This document shows, piece after piece, positions 26,438-36,256 of a stretch of DNA of 45,301 nucleotides (within the stretch, counting starts at the first letter, position 1; the number at the start of each line of letters is the position of its first letter). Origin of the DNA: Gammaproteobacteria bacterium (GTDB taxonomy: Bacteria > Pseudomonadota > Gammaproteobacteria > SZUA-229). The translations under genes and the position numbers were made by a program. Under the pieces are notes generated by a model, which did not search any database, had not been told where the DNA came from, and worked only from the letters and a program-made list of their open reading frames with translations. The stretch covers positions 1 through 45,301 of the forward strand of contig JAFLJY010000279.1 of the NCBI GenBank assembly GCA_022712755.1, read 5' to 3'.

Positions 26438-26758
26438 TTAAGGGGCTGAACAGAAAACTTCCTGCATCATGCCTATTAAACGTAAGGTACGTGTATCGCC
26501 GACACGATAATACACTTTATTGGCATCTTTCCTGGAAGCAAGAATACCTTTATCACGCAAAATGGCAAGATGTTGAGAGATATTACTTTGTGAGGTGCCC
26601 ACAGCTTCGACGATATCCTGTACACTCACTTCCTGATCGCCTAAAGTACATAAAATCTTTAGCCGCAGAGGATGAGACATTGCTTTAAGAGAACGTGAGG
26701 CACGGCTGATATCTTCATCTCGTGACATTAAATCAGGGTCATTGGGTCGTATAGCCAT
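26438..26758 (-). CDS. ArsR/SmtB regulator, BigR/SqrR-like
   Basis: LKAMSHPLRLKILC, SQSNISQHLA, and C-terminal VFC. The alternative start is 26782. Confidence 0.88.
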   Translation of the reverse strand: MAIRPNDPDLMSRDEDISRASRSLKAMSHPLRLKILCTLGDQEVSVQDIVEAVGTSQSNISQHLAILRDKGILASRKDANKVYYRVGDTRTLRLIGMMQEVFCSAP

Positions 26759-26952
26759 GTTTTTTCCTCGAGGCATAAGCAAATTTAATAAACATTATTA
26801 ATAATATAATTAATAAATCATACATTAATACACTTTTTTTTGAATTGAAATAGCTAAATTAAAAAGTTTGAGTAAATTTTTTACTCGACTCTCACATATC
26901 GGCCAAAAATCAATAGAATATTCACATAACCCTATTTAACACAAACACTGAA

Positions 26953-28110
26953 TTGCGTACTTATTATTCAATATTTTTATTTTTAAGTCTTTTTTTCTGT
27001 TGTAATACGGCTTATGCATCAAAAAATGACGATAAGGCGCACTATCAAGCCAAACTCGAAAAGCTGCAAAAAAGCATCACTAAAATACAGCAACACCTTA
27101 AAGGCAGCAAAAAACAACGTAGCCATATACTCATTGAACTTCAAAAACTTGAGTCTGAAATAAGCAAAAATGCCTTATCACTCAAAAATTTAGTCAAAGA
27201 AGTACGGGTAATACAGCAGCAAAAAACTAAGCTGGAACGGGATTTAACGCAGCTCAATAAACAAGTAAACAGACAACAGATCGCTTTATCGCAGCAGATG
27301 CGCTCAGCCTATAGCATAGGGCACCAGCAAAACCTGAAAATGCTGTTAAATCAACAAAATCCAGCACAGACCGGCAGAGCGCAGGAATATTTCAACTATT
27401 TTAATCGTGCCCGCACACAACAAATTAAAAGCTTCGCCGAAACCATTAAGATAAAGGAGCAAACGGAAGCCGCTCTTCAACAAACCCTGATGACGCAAAA
27501 CGCATTGCTACGGGCACAAAAAGATAAGGAAAGAAAACGCCAAAGACAACGGTTACAACGAAAAAACTTACTGGCCGAACTGAGCAGTAAAATTAAAAAC
27601 CAGGAAAACACTTTATCCAGCCTGGAAGATAGCCGTGGTCGTATCGAAAACCTGCTCAAATCACTTGGCGAATTACTCGCAGATATTCCCACCAACCCAT
27701 CAGAAAACCGGCCTTTTGTAGCACAAAAAGGCAAACTGCCCTGGCCAGCAAAAGGTACCTTTCTTAGCAAATTTGGTCAGTCCAAAGCTCGTGGCGATTT
27801 AAAATGGAACGGGGTATTAATTAAAGCGCCTTTTGGCACGCCTGTCCATGTTATCAGCCACGGTCGCGTTGCTTTCTCGGACTGGCTACAGGGCTTCGGC
27901 TTTATTACTGTTATTGATCACGGTAACGGCTACATGAGCCTATATGGCAACAGCGAATCTTTATTCAAACAAACCGGTGACTGGGTCGCTGCGGGTGACG
28001 TAATTGCAACCGCCGGTGACAGTGGTGGACAGCCACAAAGCGGTGTTTATTTCGAAATTCGCTCCCGTGGTAAACCGGTCAACCCTGCTAAATGGTGCAG
28101 ATCTAAATAA
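26953..28110 (+). CDS. envC: Murein hydrolase activator EnvC
   Basis: Signal peptide, long coiled coil, degenerate M23 domain (KWNGV, SLYGN), and position upstream of ctpA. Confidence 0.9.
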   Translation: MRTYYSIFLFLSLFFCCNTAYASKNDDKAHYQAKLEKLQKSITKIQQHLKGSKKQRSHILIELQKLESEISKNALSLKNLVKEVRVIQQQKTKLERDLTQLNKQVNRQQIALSQQMRSAYSIGHQQNLKMLLNQQNPAQTGRAQEYFNYFNRARTQQIKSFAETIKIKEQTEAALQQTLMTQNALLRAQKDKERKRQRQRLQRKNLLAELSSKIKNQENTLSSLEDSRGRIENLLKSLGELLADIPTNPSENRPFVAQKGKLPWPAKGTFLSKFGQSKARGDLKWNGVLIKAPFGTPVHVISHGRVAFSDWLQGFGFITVIDHGNGYMSLYGNSESLFKQTGDWVAAGDVIATAGDSGGQPQSGVYFEIRSRGKPVNPAKWCRSK

Positions 28111-28155
28111 TTACGAGTAGTGGTGCATGGATGTACCACTACTCGTAATTATTTA
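28104..28155 (+). repeat. Long hairpin with a CATGGATG loop downstream of envC
   Basis: TAAATAATTACGAGTAGTGGTGCATGGATGTACCACTACTCGTAATTATTTA. Confidence 0.8.
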
Positions 28156-28311
28156 ATAGTGGAACAAGCTGGCATTAATGCTCTCTAAGCACTATCATTT
28201 ACCTATTAACCGATTTGCGCTTAAACCATTATTCAAGCGGAGATCATTTAACATTTTATAGTGGCATTAATTTTATAATGGTATAAGTAGTTATATTTAT
28301 TGGAGTTATTT

Positions 28312-29643
28312 ATGAGTAAGCAATATAAGACCTTTCTGGTTCTGGTCTTTGGTATATTTGTTGGTGTATCAGTGTCAATAACCAGCAGTGTGCTGGCAGA
28401 GAAAAAAGTTGAAGAATCTACCACTATTCCACTTGAGGAGCTGCGGAATTTTTCAGATATTTTTGCTCGCATTAAAACCGATTATGTAGAATATGTTGAT
28501 GATAAAACCCTGCTAGAAAACGCTATTCGCGGCATGTTAACCGGGCTCGACCCGCACTCCACATACCTTGGTCCTGATGAATACAAAGAATTAAAAATCG
28601 GTACTACCGGCAAATTCGGTGGTCTTGGCATTCAGGTTTCCATGGAAAATGGCTTCGTTAAAGTTATTTCCCCGATTGACGACACGCCCGCATATCGTGC
28701 AGGACTGGAAGCAGGGGACCTGATTATCCGGCTTAATGATAAATCAGTTAAAGGCATGACATTAAACGATGCTGTTAAAATCATGCGCGGCGAACCTGGC
28801 TCTGATATCAAGTTAATCGTAATTCGTGAAGGCGCAGACAAGCCCCTTCCCTTTACTATCACCCGCGATATCATCGCAGTGAAAAGCGTAAAAAGCCGCA
28901 TTCTTGAACCTGGCTTTGGCTACATACGCATCAGTAACTTCCAGTCAAAAACAGGACGTGACCTGGTGAGTGAAGTTAGCAAACTTAAAAAAGATAATGA
29001 AAACGAATTAAAGGGGCTGGTTCTCGACTTGCGCAATAATCCTGGCGGTGTTTTAAGCGCAGCCGCTGATGTTTCTGATGCATTTATTGACAATGGTAAA
29101 CTGGTTTACACAAAAGGTCGCATCGACAATTCTGATTTTAAATTCCACGCCAAACCCGGTGACATTATGAATGGCCTGCCAATGGTTGTTTTAATTAATG
29201 GCGGCTCTGCCTCGGCATCAGAAATTGTTGCTGGCGCATTACAGGATCATAAACGTGCTGTCGTTATGGGTAGTAAATCCTTTGGCAAGGGCTCAGTACA
29301 AACTATACAGGAGTTACGTAGTGGCGGCGCAGTCAAAATGACAACGGCACGTTATTACACGCCAAAAGGTCGCTCCATACAGGGCGAAGGTATTACCCCT
29401 GACATTATACTTGGCCGATATGAAATTAAAAAAGTAGATGACGATGACACCTTACGCATTAAGGAAGCTGATCTAAACCACAGCATCAGTAACCCGACCA
29501 AATCACAGGAAGCCATAAAAAAAGCAGAAGAAGAAGGTGAAAAAGCAGAAGAAGAGCATCCAAGCTTAAGCCCTTCTGAAGATTTCCAGTTGTATGAAGC
29601 ATTATTATTATTAAAAGGCATGAGTATTCTGAGCAGGTCCTGA
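28312..29643 (+). CDS. ctpA: Carboxy-terminal processing protease, S41 family
   Basis: LDPHS, a PDZ domain, DLRNNPGG, SASASEIVAGALQD, and FGKGSVQ. Confidence 0.95.
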   Translation: MSKQYKTFLVLVFGIFVGVSVSITSSVLAEKKVEESTTIPLEELRNFSDIFARIKTDYVEYVDDKTLLENAIRGMLTGLDPHSTYLGPDEYKELKIGTTGKFGGLGIQVSMENGFVKVISPIDDTPAYRAGLEAGDLIIRLNDKSVKGMTLNDAVKIMRGEPGSDIKLIVIREGADKPLPFTITRDIIAVKSVKSRILEPGFGYIRISNFQSKTGRDLVSEVSKLKKDNENELKGLVLDLRNNPGGVLSAAADVSDAFIDNGKLVYTKGRIDNSDFKFHAKPGDIMNGLPMVVLINGGSASASEIVAGALQDHKRAVVMGSKSFGKGSVQTIQELRSGGAVKMTTARYYTPKGRSIQGEGITPDIILGRYEIKKVDDDDTLRIKEADLNHSISNPTKSQEAIKKAEEEGEKAEEEHPSLSPSEDFQLYEALLLLKGMSILSRS

Positions 29644-29734
29644 ATTTGAATAATAAGCACATACTTTTAAAACTAATGCTGACAAAATCTACAACTCAAA
29701 CAGGGACGTTGACTTACCCCGTAAAAATAAATTC

Positions 29735-30550
29735 ATGTGCCGGTTCGTGTTATTAGCCATACGTTCACCCGTATTTGTATTCATTCTTTTTGCATTAACA
29801 AATGCACCCGCAAATGCTGAAAAATTTGTCAGTATCATTATTGACGATATAGGCAATAATTTAAAAAATGGGCAGGACATCATTAACCTGCCCGCAGCAT
29901 TAACCATTGCCATTCTTCCGAGAACAGTCCACGCTAAACAACTCGCTCAGATGGCAAAAGAAAACCATAAAGAAGTCATGCTGCACCTGCCCATGCAATC
30001 AGTAGCACATCATAAACATTCACCCGGCACCCTTAATTTACACATGACACAAAGCGAATTTAATAAGCAGTTACAGCTAAATTTAAGTTCCGTGCCTTAT
30101 GTGCGTGGTGTAAACAATCACATGGGGAGCCTGCTAACCCGGCATCCCGGTCATATGAGCTGGCTGATGGATGGACTTTCACAGCAAGGCAATTTATATT
30201 TCATTGACAGTAAAACCAGCAGCAAAACAGTCGCTGAAAAAATTGCAACTGAATACAACATACCTAACATGACACGTGATATTTTTCTTGATCCCGATAA
30301 CAACGAAAATACTCTGCGCCAGCAATTTGATCGATTTATAAAAAAAACAAAACAACAGGGTTACGCTCTGGCTATTGCACATCCATACCCGAAGACGATA
30401 AAGTTTCTGCAAAATCATTTAACAGAACTAAACCGGCAGGGCATTACATTGCTGCCGGTTTCACAATTAATTAACCACGTAAATCAGATAAATGCAAAAC
30501 GGGAGAACAATCATGTCGCATGTACTGGTACCCCTTGCACAGGGCTGTGA
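29735..30550 (+). CDS. Divergent polysaccharide deacetylase (YibQ-like)
   Basis: IIIDDIG, MLHLPMQ, NNHMGS, FIDSKT, and AIAHP. Confidence 0.92.
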   Translation: MCRFVLLAIRSPVFVFILFALTNAPANAEKFVSIIIDDIGNNLKNGQDIINLPAALTIAILPRTVHAKQLAQMAKENHKEVMLHLPMQSVAHHKHSPGTLNLHMTQSEFNKQLQLNLSSVPYVRGVNNHMGSLLTRHPGHMSWLMDGLSQQGNLYFIDSKTSSKTVAEKIATEYNIPNMTRDIFLDPDNNENTLRQQFDRFIKKTKQQGYALAIAHPYPKTIKFLQNHLTELNRQGITLLPVSQLINHVNQINAKRENNHVACTGTPCTGL

Positions 30551-31061
30551 AGAACTTGAAGCAATAACCATAACCGATTTGCTAGTACGAGCAGGCATCA
30601 CTGTAACCACCTGCGGCCTTGACGAGCAACCGGTAAAAGCTTCTCGCGGTATCACCATTATCCCGGATACCAGTATTGATAAAGTGCTAAACGACGCATT
30701 CGACCTTATCGTCCTTCCCGGCGGCTTGCCCGGAGCAGACCACCTTCGTGACAACGAACATTTGCAAACATTGATAAAAAAGCAGGCTGCAGATAATAAA
30801 TATGTCGCCGCCATCTGCGCTGCACCCAAGGCACTGGCTCAAGCAGGAATATTAGAAGGCAAAACAGCAACAGCCTATCCCGGCGTGCTAAACGCGCTCG
30901 ACAATACCAGCATCACCATCTCAGAAAACGCCGTTGAAATCGATGGCAACATTGTTACATCTCGCGGCCCCGGCACTGCGATGGATTTTGCTTTATGTTT
31001 AATTGAGCTACTGGAAGGCAAAGTGAAACGTGAAGAGGTGAACGAGCAGCTTGTGAGATAA
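30513..31061 (+). CDS. DJ-1/PfpI family protein (YajL/ThiJ-like)
   Basis: GCEELEA, LPGGLPGA, AAICAAP, and TSRGPGTA. Confidence 0.93.
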   Translation: MSHVLVPLAQGCEELEAITITDLLVRAGITVTTCGLDEQPVKASRGITIIPDTSIDKVLNDAFDLIVLPGGLPGADHLRDNEHLQTLIKKQAADNKYVAAICAAPKALAQAGILEGKTATAYPGVLNALDNTSITISENAVEIDGNIVTSRGPGTAMDFALCLIELLEGKVKREEVNEQLVR

Positions 31062-31193
31062 AAAAATACCAATAAAATCAAATGGTTATAGAAACAAATA
31101 CCCCTGCCAAAACTGGTGTTTATAATTTTACTAACTTTCGCTATAATACCTGATCAAATTACTAGGTTATTATTTAAGAGGCAGGTGAAACCA

Positions 31194-31532
31194 ATGCAAG
31201 CAGAAGTTAACGGACAAATTATTCAGCTCAGCGAAGCTGGCTGGTTAGAAAATCTTGATGAATGGAGCGAGGAACTCGCTGTAGAAGTCGCTAAAAATGA
31301 GAAAATTGTCGATGGATTGACTGAGGAACACTGGGATATAATAAGAGAAGCACGTGACTATTTCCATGATAACGGCAGCGTCTGCGAACCACGCTCATTT
31401 TCAAAAATAATGAAGAAAAAATACGGCAAAGATCGCAGTGATCAAAAGTATATTTATTCTTTATTTCCCACCGGCCTGATCAAGTGTGCGAATAAAATAG
31501 CTGGATTACCACGACCAAAGGGTTGTAGTTAA
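31194..31532 (+). CDS. TusE/DsrC family sulfur relay protein
   Basis: GWLENLDEWSEELA, LTEEHWDII, LFP, and AGLPRPKGCS. There is an RBS before MQAEV at 31194. Confidence 0.9.
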   Translation: MQAEVNGQIIQLSEAGWLENLDEWSEELAVEVAKNEKIVDGLTEEHWDIIREARDYFHDNGSVCEPRSFSKIMKKKYGKDRSDQKYIYSLFPTGLIKCANKIAGLPRPKGCS

Positions 31533-31599
31533 CAACAGTCCTTAATATACGTAAATTTATCCAAATCACACCATGGCATACGGATGTGCCTGATGGTGA

Positions 31600-31870
31600 A
31601 TATCCGCCTTCGGTCAGTTAGCGGACATACAAAAAACAATATTTTTCCGCAAATGCACGCGAATAAACGCAAAGAAAAACCTTTTAAATTTTTATACCGT
31701 AGCCTGTAGGTTGGGGTGAGGTACGAACCCCAACGGGTTGTGTGTGGTTATTTGTTGGGGTTCGTACCTCACCCCAACCTACATGAAAAAGTTTTCATTT
31801 GCGTTTATTCGCGTGCATTTGCGGAAAAATTAAAAAGTTTTTGACTGTCCGCTATGTGTCGAAAGCAGTC
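31600..31870. repeat. Nested inverted-repeat complex (three layers)
   Basis: Outer TAGCGGACA/TGTCCGCTA, middle TTTTCCGCAAATGCACGCGAATAAACGCAAA with its perfect inverse, and an inner REPIN at 31706-31782. Confidence 0.8.
31706..31782. repeat. GTAG-type REP doublet, same family as 3144-3225
   Basis: GTAGGTTGGGGTGAGGTACGAACCCCAAC and its inverse. Confidence 0.9.
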
Positions 31871-31899
31871 ACCCCATATCTGACACTCTCTGTCAGATG

Positions 31900-32001
31900 G
31901 TCACTCTTACGCATTCATGCGTTCGCGACATGACGTACAGGGACGTACTAATGCCGAGGTGGCATGGATGCCAATGAGCGGCGAATGCTTCCATGCACGT
32001 C
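31900..32001. repeat. Two nested, oppositely oriented ~51-bp GGA-hairpin repeats
   Basis: A plus-strand GACGTACAGGGACGTACTAATGCCG...GGCATGGATGCCAATGAGCGGC (31932-31982) sits inside a related minus-strand copy. Confidence 0.7.
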
Positions 32002-32019
32002 AATGCAAACCTATCCATT

Positions 32020-33216
32020 TCATTTGTTTTTATTGATCTGCGAGCTTATGGCAGAATCAGTGGCGGGGTTTAAGTCTTGTTGTGGTGTTAGCCTGTTTTT
32101 TATCTTCTTGTTACTAACGTCGGCAACTTCAACTTTTTTCCCGGTACGTAAACCTAAAAAACCTCGGCTCACAATCCGGTCACCTGGGTTAAGCCCTGAT
32201 AAGATCTCTGCCTTTGAGGCAAATTGTTGTCCCTGCTCAAAATAAACCTTTTCAGCAATGGTGTCGCCTTTTTTATCTTTAATCACACGAAATACATAAG
32301 CCCCTGCTGGTTCATAGTGTATGGTATGGACAGGAATAATCAGACGGTTTGTTGCACTAAGCTTAATGTTAGCACGGCTAAACTGTCCAACAGTGGCACC
32401 CTTTGGTACTGGACTAAGCAGAATTTCAATAATGCCTTTATGCGTGCTGGCGTTAATGGTTGGGTGAATACGTGACACTTTTGCAACAAAGCCGGTATTG
32501 CCCAGGGCATCAATACGCAGTGTTACCTGCTGACCTTTTTTAACCAGTGGTAACCAGCGCTCAGCAAGGCTGGCTTTAAGGCGTAAAGCGCTGGGGTCAA
32601 TAATAGTGTGAATGTGTGATTGCGGTGCAAGCATATCGCCGGGTTCATACAGTCGTTTGGTGATAAGCCCATCAATCGGTGCTTTGATACTGGATCGTTG
32701 CAGGCGAATATGCTGGCGTTTTTCTTCGGCAATGGCTAAATCAAGTTCAGTAGCGGCCTGGGCAAGTTCTTCTTCAGTAGAGAGGTTTTTTTGTAATAAT
32801 TTTTTCAGCCGTGAAAGATCCAGCTTTGCCTGCTGTTTTGTGGCGACGGTTTTTGCGACATCGGTTTTTAATAGTGCGTTATCCAGTTGCACCAGTAGTG
32901 TGCCTTTTTTTACAGTATCACCTTCATGGTAAGGTAATTTGGTAATGCGACCACTTTCTTCATTGTATAAGCGTATTTTTGTGACCGCGATCAGTGCACC
33001 AGAAACAGTCTGGGTCAAAGAAACTGCTTTGTTTTCGACGGTAATGACTTCAACGCGGTGCAAAGTTTGTTGCACTCGGGGGGGGCTTATATTGGCTTCA
33101 CCTGCATTATCACAGGATGGCAACATTAAGCCAAAAATCAGCAGACTAACAATCAGGCGGAAAAAAGCACTTAAAAATAACCACGAAATAGGGTGATGTT
33201 TTTTCGATATAATCAT
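32020..33216 (-). CDS. RND efflux periplasmic adaptor (membrane fusion protein)
   Basis: GRITKL..EGDTVKKGTLLVQLD, IKAPIDG, and LSGLNPGDRIV. Confidence 0.9.
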   Translation of the reverse strand: MIISKKHHPISWLFLSAFFRLIVSLLIFGLMLPSCDNAGEANISPPRVQQTLHRVEVITVENKAVSLTQTVSGALIAVTKIRLYNEESGRITKLPYHEGDTVKKGTLLVQLDNALLKTDVAKTVATKQQAKLDLSRLKKLLQKNLSTEEELAQAATELDLAIAEEKRQHIRLQRSSIKAPIDGLITKRLYEPGDMLAPQSHIHTIIDPSALRLKASLAERWLPLVKKGQQVTLRIDALGNTGFVAKVSRIHPTINASTHKGIIEILLSPVPKGATVGQFSRANIKLSATNRLIIPVHTIHYEPAGAYVFRVIKDKKGDTIAEKVYFEQGQQFASKAEILSGLNPGDRIVSRGFLGLRTGKKVEVADVSNKKIKNRLTPQQDLNPATDSAISSQINKNK

Positions 33217-33379
33217 GCCTAGAACTTTACATTAATTGCTTAAAAAGCGTAACTATTTAATAAGTTGTGAAAAAATTTGATTTTGTGATCATGCACTCCG
33301 AGCTTGTCCTCTCGACCAGCGGAAGAGGTCTTATACAGCGGTAGTGTAAGATCTCCAGAAACTAACAAGATATAACATA

Positions 33380-35221
33380 ATGATGATAGACAGACCCACT
33401 GCAGACCCACACAGCGATCGTAAAGATTTTAACAATATTAAACGCCTGCTTCCCTATGTCTGGGATTTTAAAGGCCGCGTCATTTTAGCCTTATCCTGTT
33501 TGATTTTATCCAAAGTCGCTATTGTTGGCATGCCGTTGCTATTAAAAGAAATTGTTGATGCGCTTGACGGCAAGCAGCTACTGGCAGTAGATAGCCCGGA
33601 AAAGGTTATGTTGACGCTGCCTCTGCTGTTTTTGCTGGCATATGGTGTATTGCGTTTAATGGCAAGCCTGTTTAATGAATTACGTGATGTGATATTTGCT
33701 CGGGTACGTTATCACGCAATGCGCAGCATCTCGAAACGGGTACTCAATCATTTATATTCGCTGTCACTGTCTTATCATCTGGACAGAAAAACTGGTGGCA
33801 TAACACGTGATCTTGAACGAGGCACTAATAGCCTGAGTTCAATATTAAACTATCTGGTGTTTAATATATTTCCTACTGCGGCAGAGTTTATTTTTGTTGC
33901 CATTATTTTACTGGGAAAGTACCAGCCACATTTCGCGCTTATTACATTCTCCACCGTGATCATTTATATTGTTTTTACCTTTCTGGTGTCTAACTGGCGC
34001 ATGCACTATCGCCATGAAATGAATCAACATGAATCACAGGCTAATACCTATGCGGTAGATGGTATGCTGAATTACGAAACCGTTAAATATTTTACCAATG
34101 AAGCCTATGAGTTAAATCAGTACGATAACACCCTGAATAAATGGGAAAGAGCGGCGGTAAAAAGTCAGGCTTCGATGTCATTACTCAACTTTGGTCAGGG
34201 CATAATTATTACTATCGGGGTAACACTAATGATGGTTTTTGCCGCACAGGGTGTGGTTGATGGCAACATGACCATAGGCGACCTGGTGCTGGTTAATGTC
34301 ATGATGTTGCAATTATTTATTCCCTTAGGCCTGCTTGGTATTATTTATCGTTCATTAAAGTATTCACTTGCCGACATGGATATGATGCTTAAACTTCTAG
34401 ATACCAGACAGGAAGTCAAAGACATCGAAAATGCGAAAGTTTTACAGGTAAGCGAGTCGGTTATTCGTTTTGATAATGTTTGTTTTGATTACAACAAAGA
34501 TAGAAAAATACTGGAGATGGTCAGTTTTGACATTCCGTCAGGACAAAAGGTGGCAGTGGTAGGCCCATCTGGTGCAGGCAAATCTACACTGGCACGATTG
34601 TTATTTCGATTTTATGATGTTGATTCAGGAAGCATCTCAATAGACGGGCAGAATATTAATAGTGTTACTCAAACCAGTTTGCGTGATAATGTGGGCATTG
34701 TACCGCAGGATACCGTGCTGTTTAATTATACTATCGAGCACAATATCCGGTATGCTAATCTCGATGCCAGCGAAACAGAAATACAGCAGGCAGCAAAACA
34801 TGCCAACATCCACGACTTTATCGACAGCTTGCCAGATGGGTATCAGACCGTTGTGGGTGAACGTGGTTTAAAACTCTCGGGTGGTGAAAAACAACGCATC
34901 GCCATCGCCCGTGTCATTCTTAAAAATCCCCGCATTCTGGTTTTTGATGAAGCAACATCATCACTGGACTCTCATTCGGAACAATTGATTTTAGAGTCAC
35001 TAAAAGAAGTGGCAGAAAAACACACAACCCTGGTCATCGCACACCGTCTTTCAACCATTATTGATGCTGATAATATCATCGTACTGGATAAAGGAAAGGT
35101 GGTAGAGCAGGGTACACATCAACAGTTACTGGAGCTAGACGGCCTGTACGCACACTTATGGCAATTACAACAGGAAGAAGAATCGGCAGCAGCAGAAGAA
35201 GAAGAAGGGGCAGCGATATAA
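33380..35221 (+). CDS. ATM1/ABCB7-type ABC transporter (fused permease and ATPase)
   Basis: HLDRKTGG, LNYETVKYF, GPSGAGKS, VGERGLKLSGGEKQR, and DEATSSLD. Confidence 0.93.
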   Translation: MMIDRPTADPHSDRKDFNNIKRLLPYVWDFKGRVILALSCLILSKVAIVGMPLLLKEIVDALDGKQLLAVDSPEKVMLTLPLLFLLAYGVLRLMASLFNELRDVIFARVRYHAMRSISKRVLNHLYSLSLSYHLDRKTGGITRDLERGTNSLSSILNYLVFNIFPTAAEFIFVAIILLGKYQPHFALITFSTVIIYIVFTFLVSNWRMHYRHEMNQHESQANTYAVDGMLNYETVKYFTNEAYELNQYDNTLNKWERAAVKSQASMSLLNFGQGIIITIGVTLMMVFAAQGVVDGNMTIGDLVLVNVMMLQLFIPLGLLGIIYRSLKYSLADMDMMLKLLDTRQEVKDIENAKVLQVSESVIRFDNVCFDYNKDRKILEMVSFDIPSGQKVAVVGPSGAGKSTLARLLFRFYDVDSGSISIDGQNINSVTQTSLRDNVGIVPQDTVLFNYTIEHNIRYANLDASETEIQQAAKHANIHDFIDSLPDGYQTVVGERGLKLSGGEKQRIAIARVILKNPRILVFDEATSSLDSHSEQLILESLKEVAEKHTTLVIAHRLSTIIDADNIIVLDKGKVVEQGTHQQLLELDGLYAHLWQLQQEEESAAAEEEEGAAI

Positions 35222-35223
35222 TT

Positions 35224-35433
35224 ATGCGTGACGTTATTTTAAAAAAACAGCCGGTTGAACTTCATAAAATTCTGAAATTTGAAGGTCTGGTGCATAGCGG
35301 TGGGGTGGCAAAGTTAGCTATCGAATCCGGTGATGTTAAGGTCAATGATAAAATTGAAACCCGCAAACGAAAAAAGATAGTTGCTGGTGATGTTATTGAG
35401 TTTAATGGTGAAATAATTCGTCTTGTTATTTAA
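35224..35433 (+). CDS. S4-domain RNA-binding protein (YbcJ/YaaA-like)
   Basis: LKFEGLVHSGGVAK..I..G.VKVN...ETRKRKKI. Confidence 0.9.
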   Translation: MRDVILKKQPVELHKILKFEGLVHSGGVAKLAIESGDVKVNDKIETRKRKKIVAGDVIEFNGEIIRLVI

Positions 35434-35617
35434 GTATTATTTTTTTCTGATATAGCATTGGTGCATCTGGTAATTTCTGGCCTGCCAGTTGTTGCTGAAA
35501 ATATGAGGTGGTTATTTCTAATAATAAAATAAATAGCTGTCACCTGGCTTATCTGCTTCAGTTTTATATTGTTAACATCCAGAAGAAAATCATCCAATCA
35601 AATAAAGGAGATAGAGA

Positions 35618-35992
35618 ATGATAATAGATCACATTGGATTTGCCATATCAAATTATGAGAACAGCAAATCGTTTTATTCAAAAGCCTTAGAGCCACTCGG
35701 TATAGAGTTAATCACTGAAATTCAAGGCTGGGCAGGTTATGGAAAAAATGGAAAACCAGAGTTTTGGTTTGGTGTAAATGATAAAATCCAACACCCAATG
35801 CACATTGCGTTTCTAGCTGAAACCCGAGAACAGGTAAATAAGTTTTATGATGCTGCTATGGCAGCTGGTGCTAAAAATAATGGAAAACCAGGTATAAGAG
35901 ACATTTATCATCCAGATTATTATGGCGCTTTTGTGATTGATCCTGATGGTCATAACATTGAAGCCGTGTGCCACAATAAAGAAAATATCTGA
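35618..35992 (+). CDS. VOC/glyoxalase family protein
   Basis: IDHIG, HIAF, YYGAFVIDPDGHNIEAVCH, and a strong AAGGAG RBS. Confidence 0.92.
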   Translation: MIIDHIGFAISNYENSKSFYSKALEPLGIELITEIQGWAGYGKNGKPEFWFGVNDKIQHPMHIAFLAETREQVNKFYDAAMAAGAKNNGKPGIRDIYHPDYYGAFVIDPDGHNIEAVCHNKENI

Positions 35993-36119
35993 CAATTTTT
36001 TGTAAAAGGACGGTCATAAACGCAACGTTTTTACTATTCGAAAAAAAGTAATGTTTATGAAAGCCGGTGAAGCATGCGTTGAAGCAGTAGAAAACTGCCT
36101 ATATGTGAGTAGAGGTGCC

Positions 36120-36256
36120 TGCCGATACTATCGATATTACACAAAGTAAAAGAAATTTTAGCTAAATCAATACCGATCCGTATAATAGAATTTGTATAGA
36201 TATCTTCGTAACAGTTAGGTTTTTCCTCTTCGAAGATGGTTTAAAAACATCATAAT
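36120..36256 (+). pseudogene. Decayed 5' (AraC-HTH) part of a bifunctional ada gene
   Basis: LRRWFK is read in a different frame just before HHNMTCHAYQRMLRIN, and upstream DPYNRI is broken by stops. Confidence 0.6.

Noticed and set aside
27780..28080. EnvC as an active M23 peptidase or a pseudogene
   Set aside because: Loss of the Zn ligands is normal for EnvC.
31964..32245. 93-aa plus-strand ORF
   Set aside because: It starts in a repeat and is antisense to the RND adaptor.
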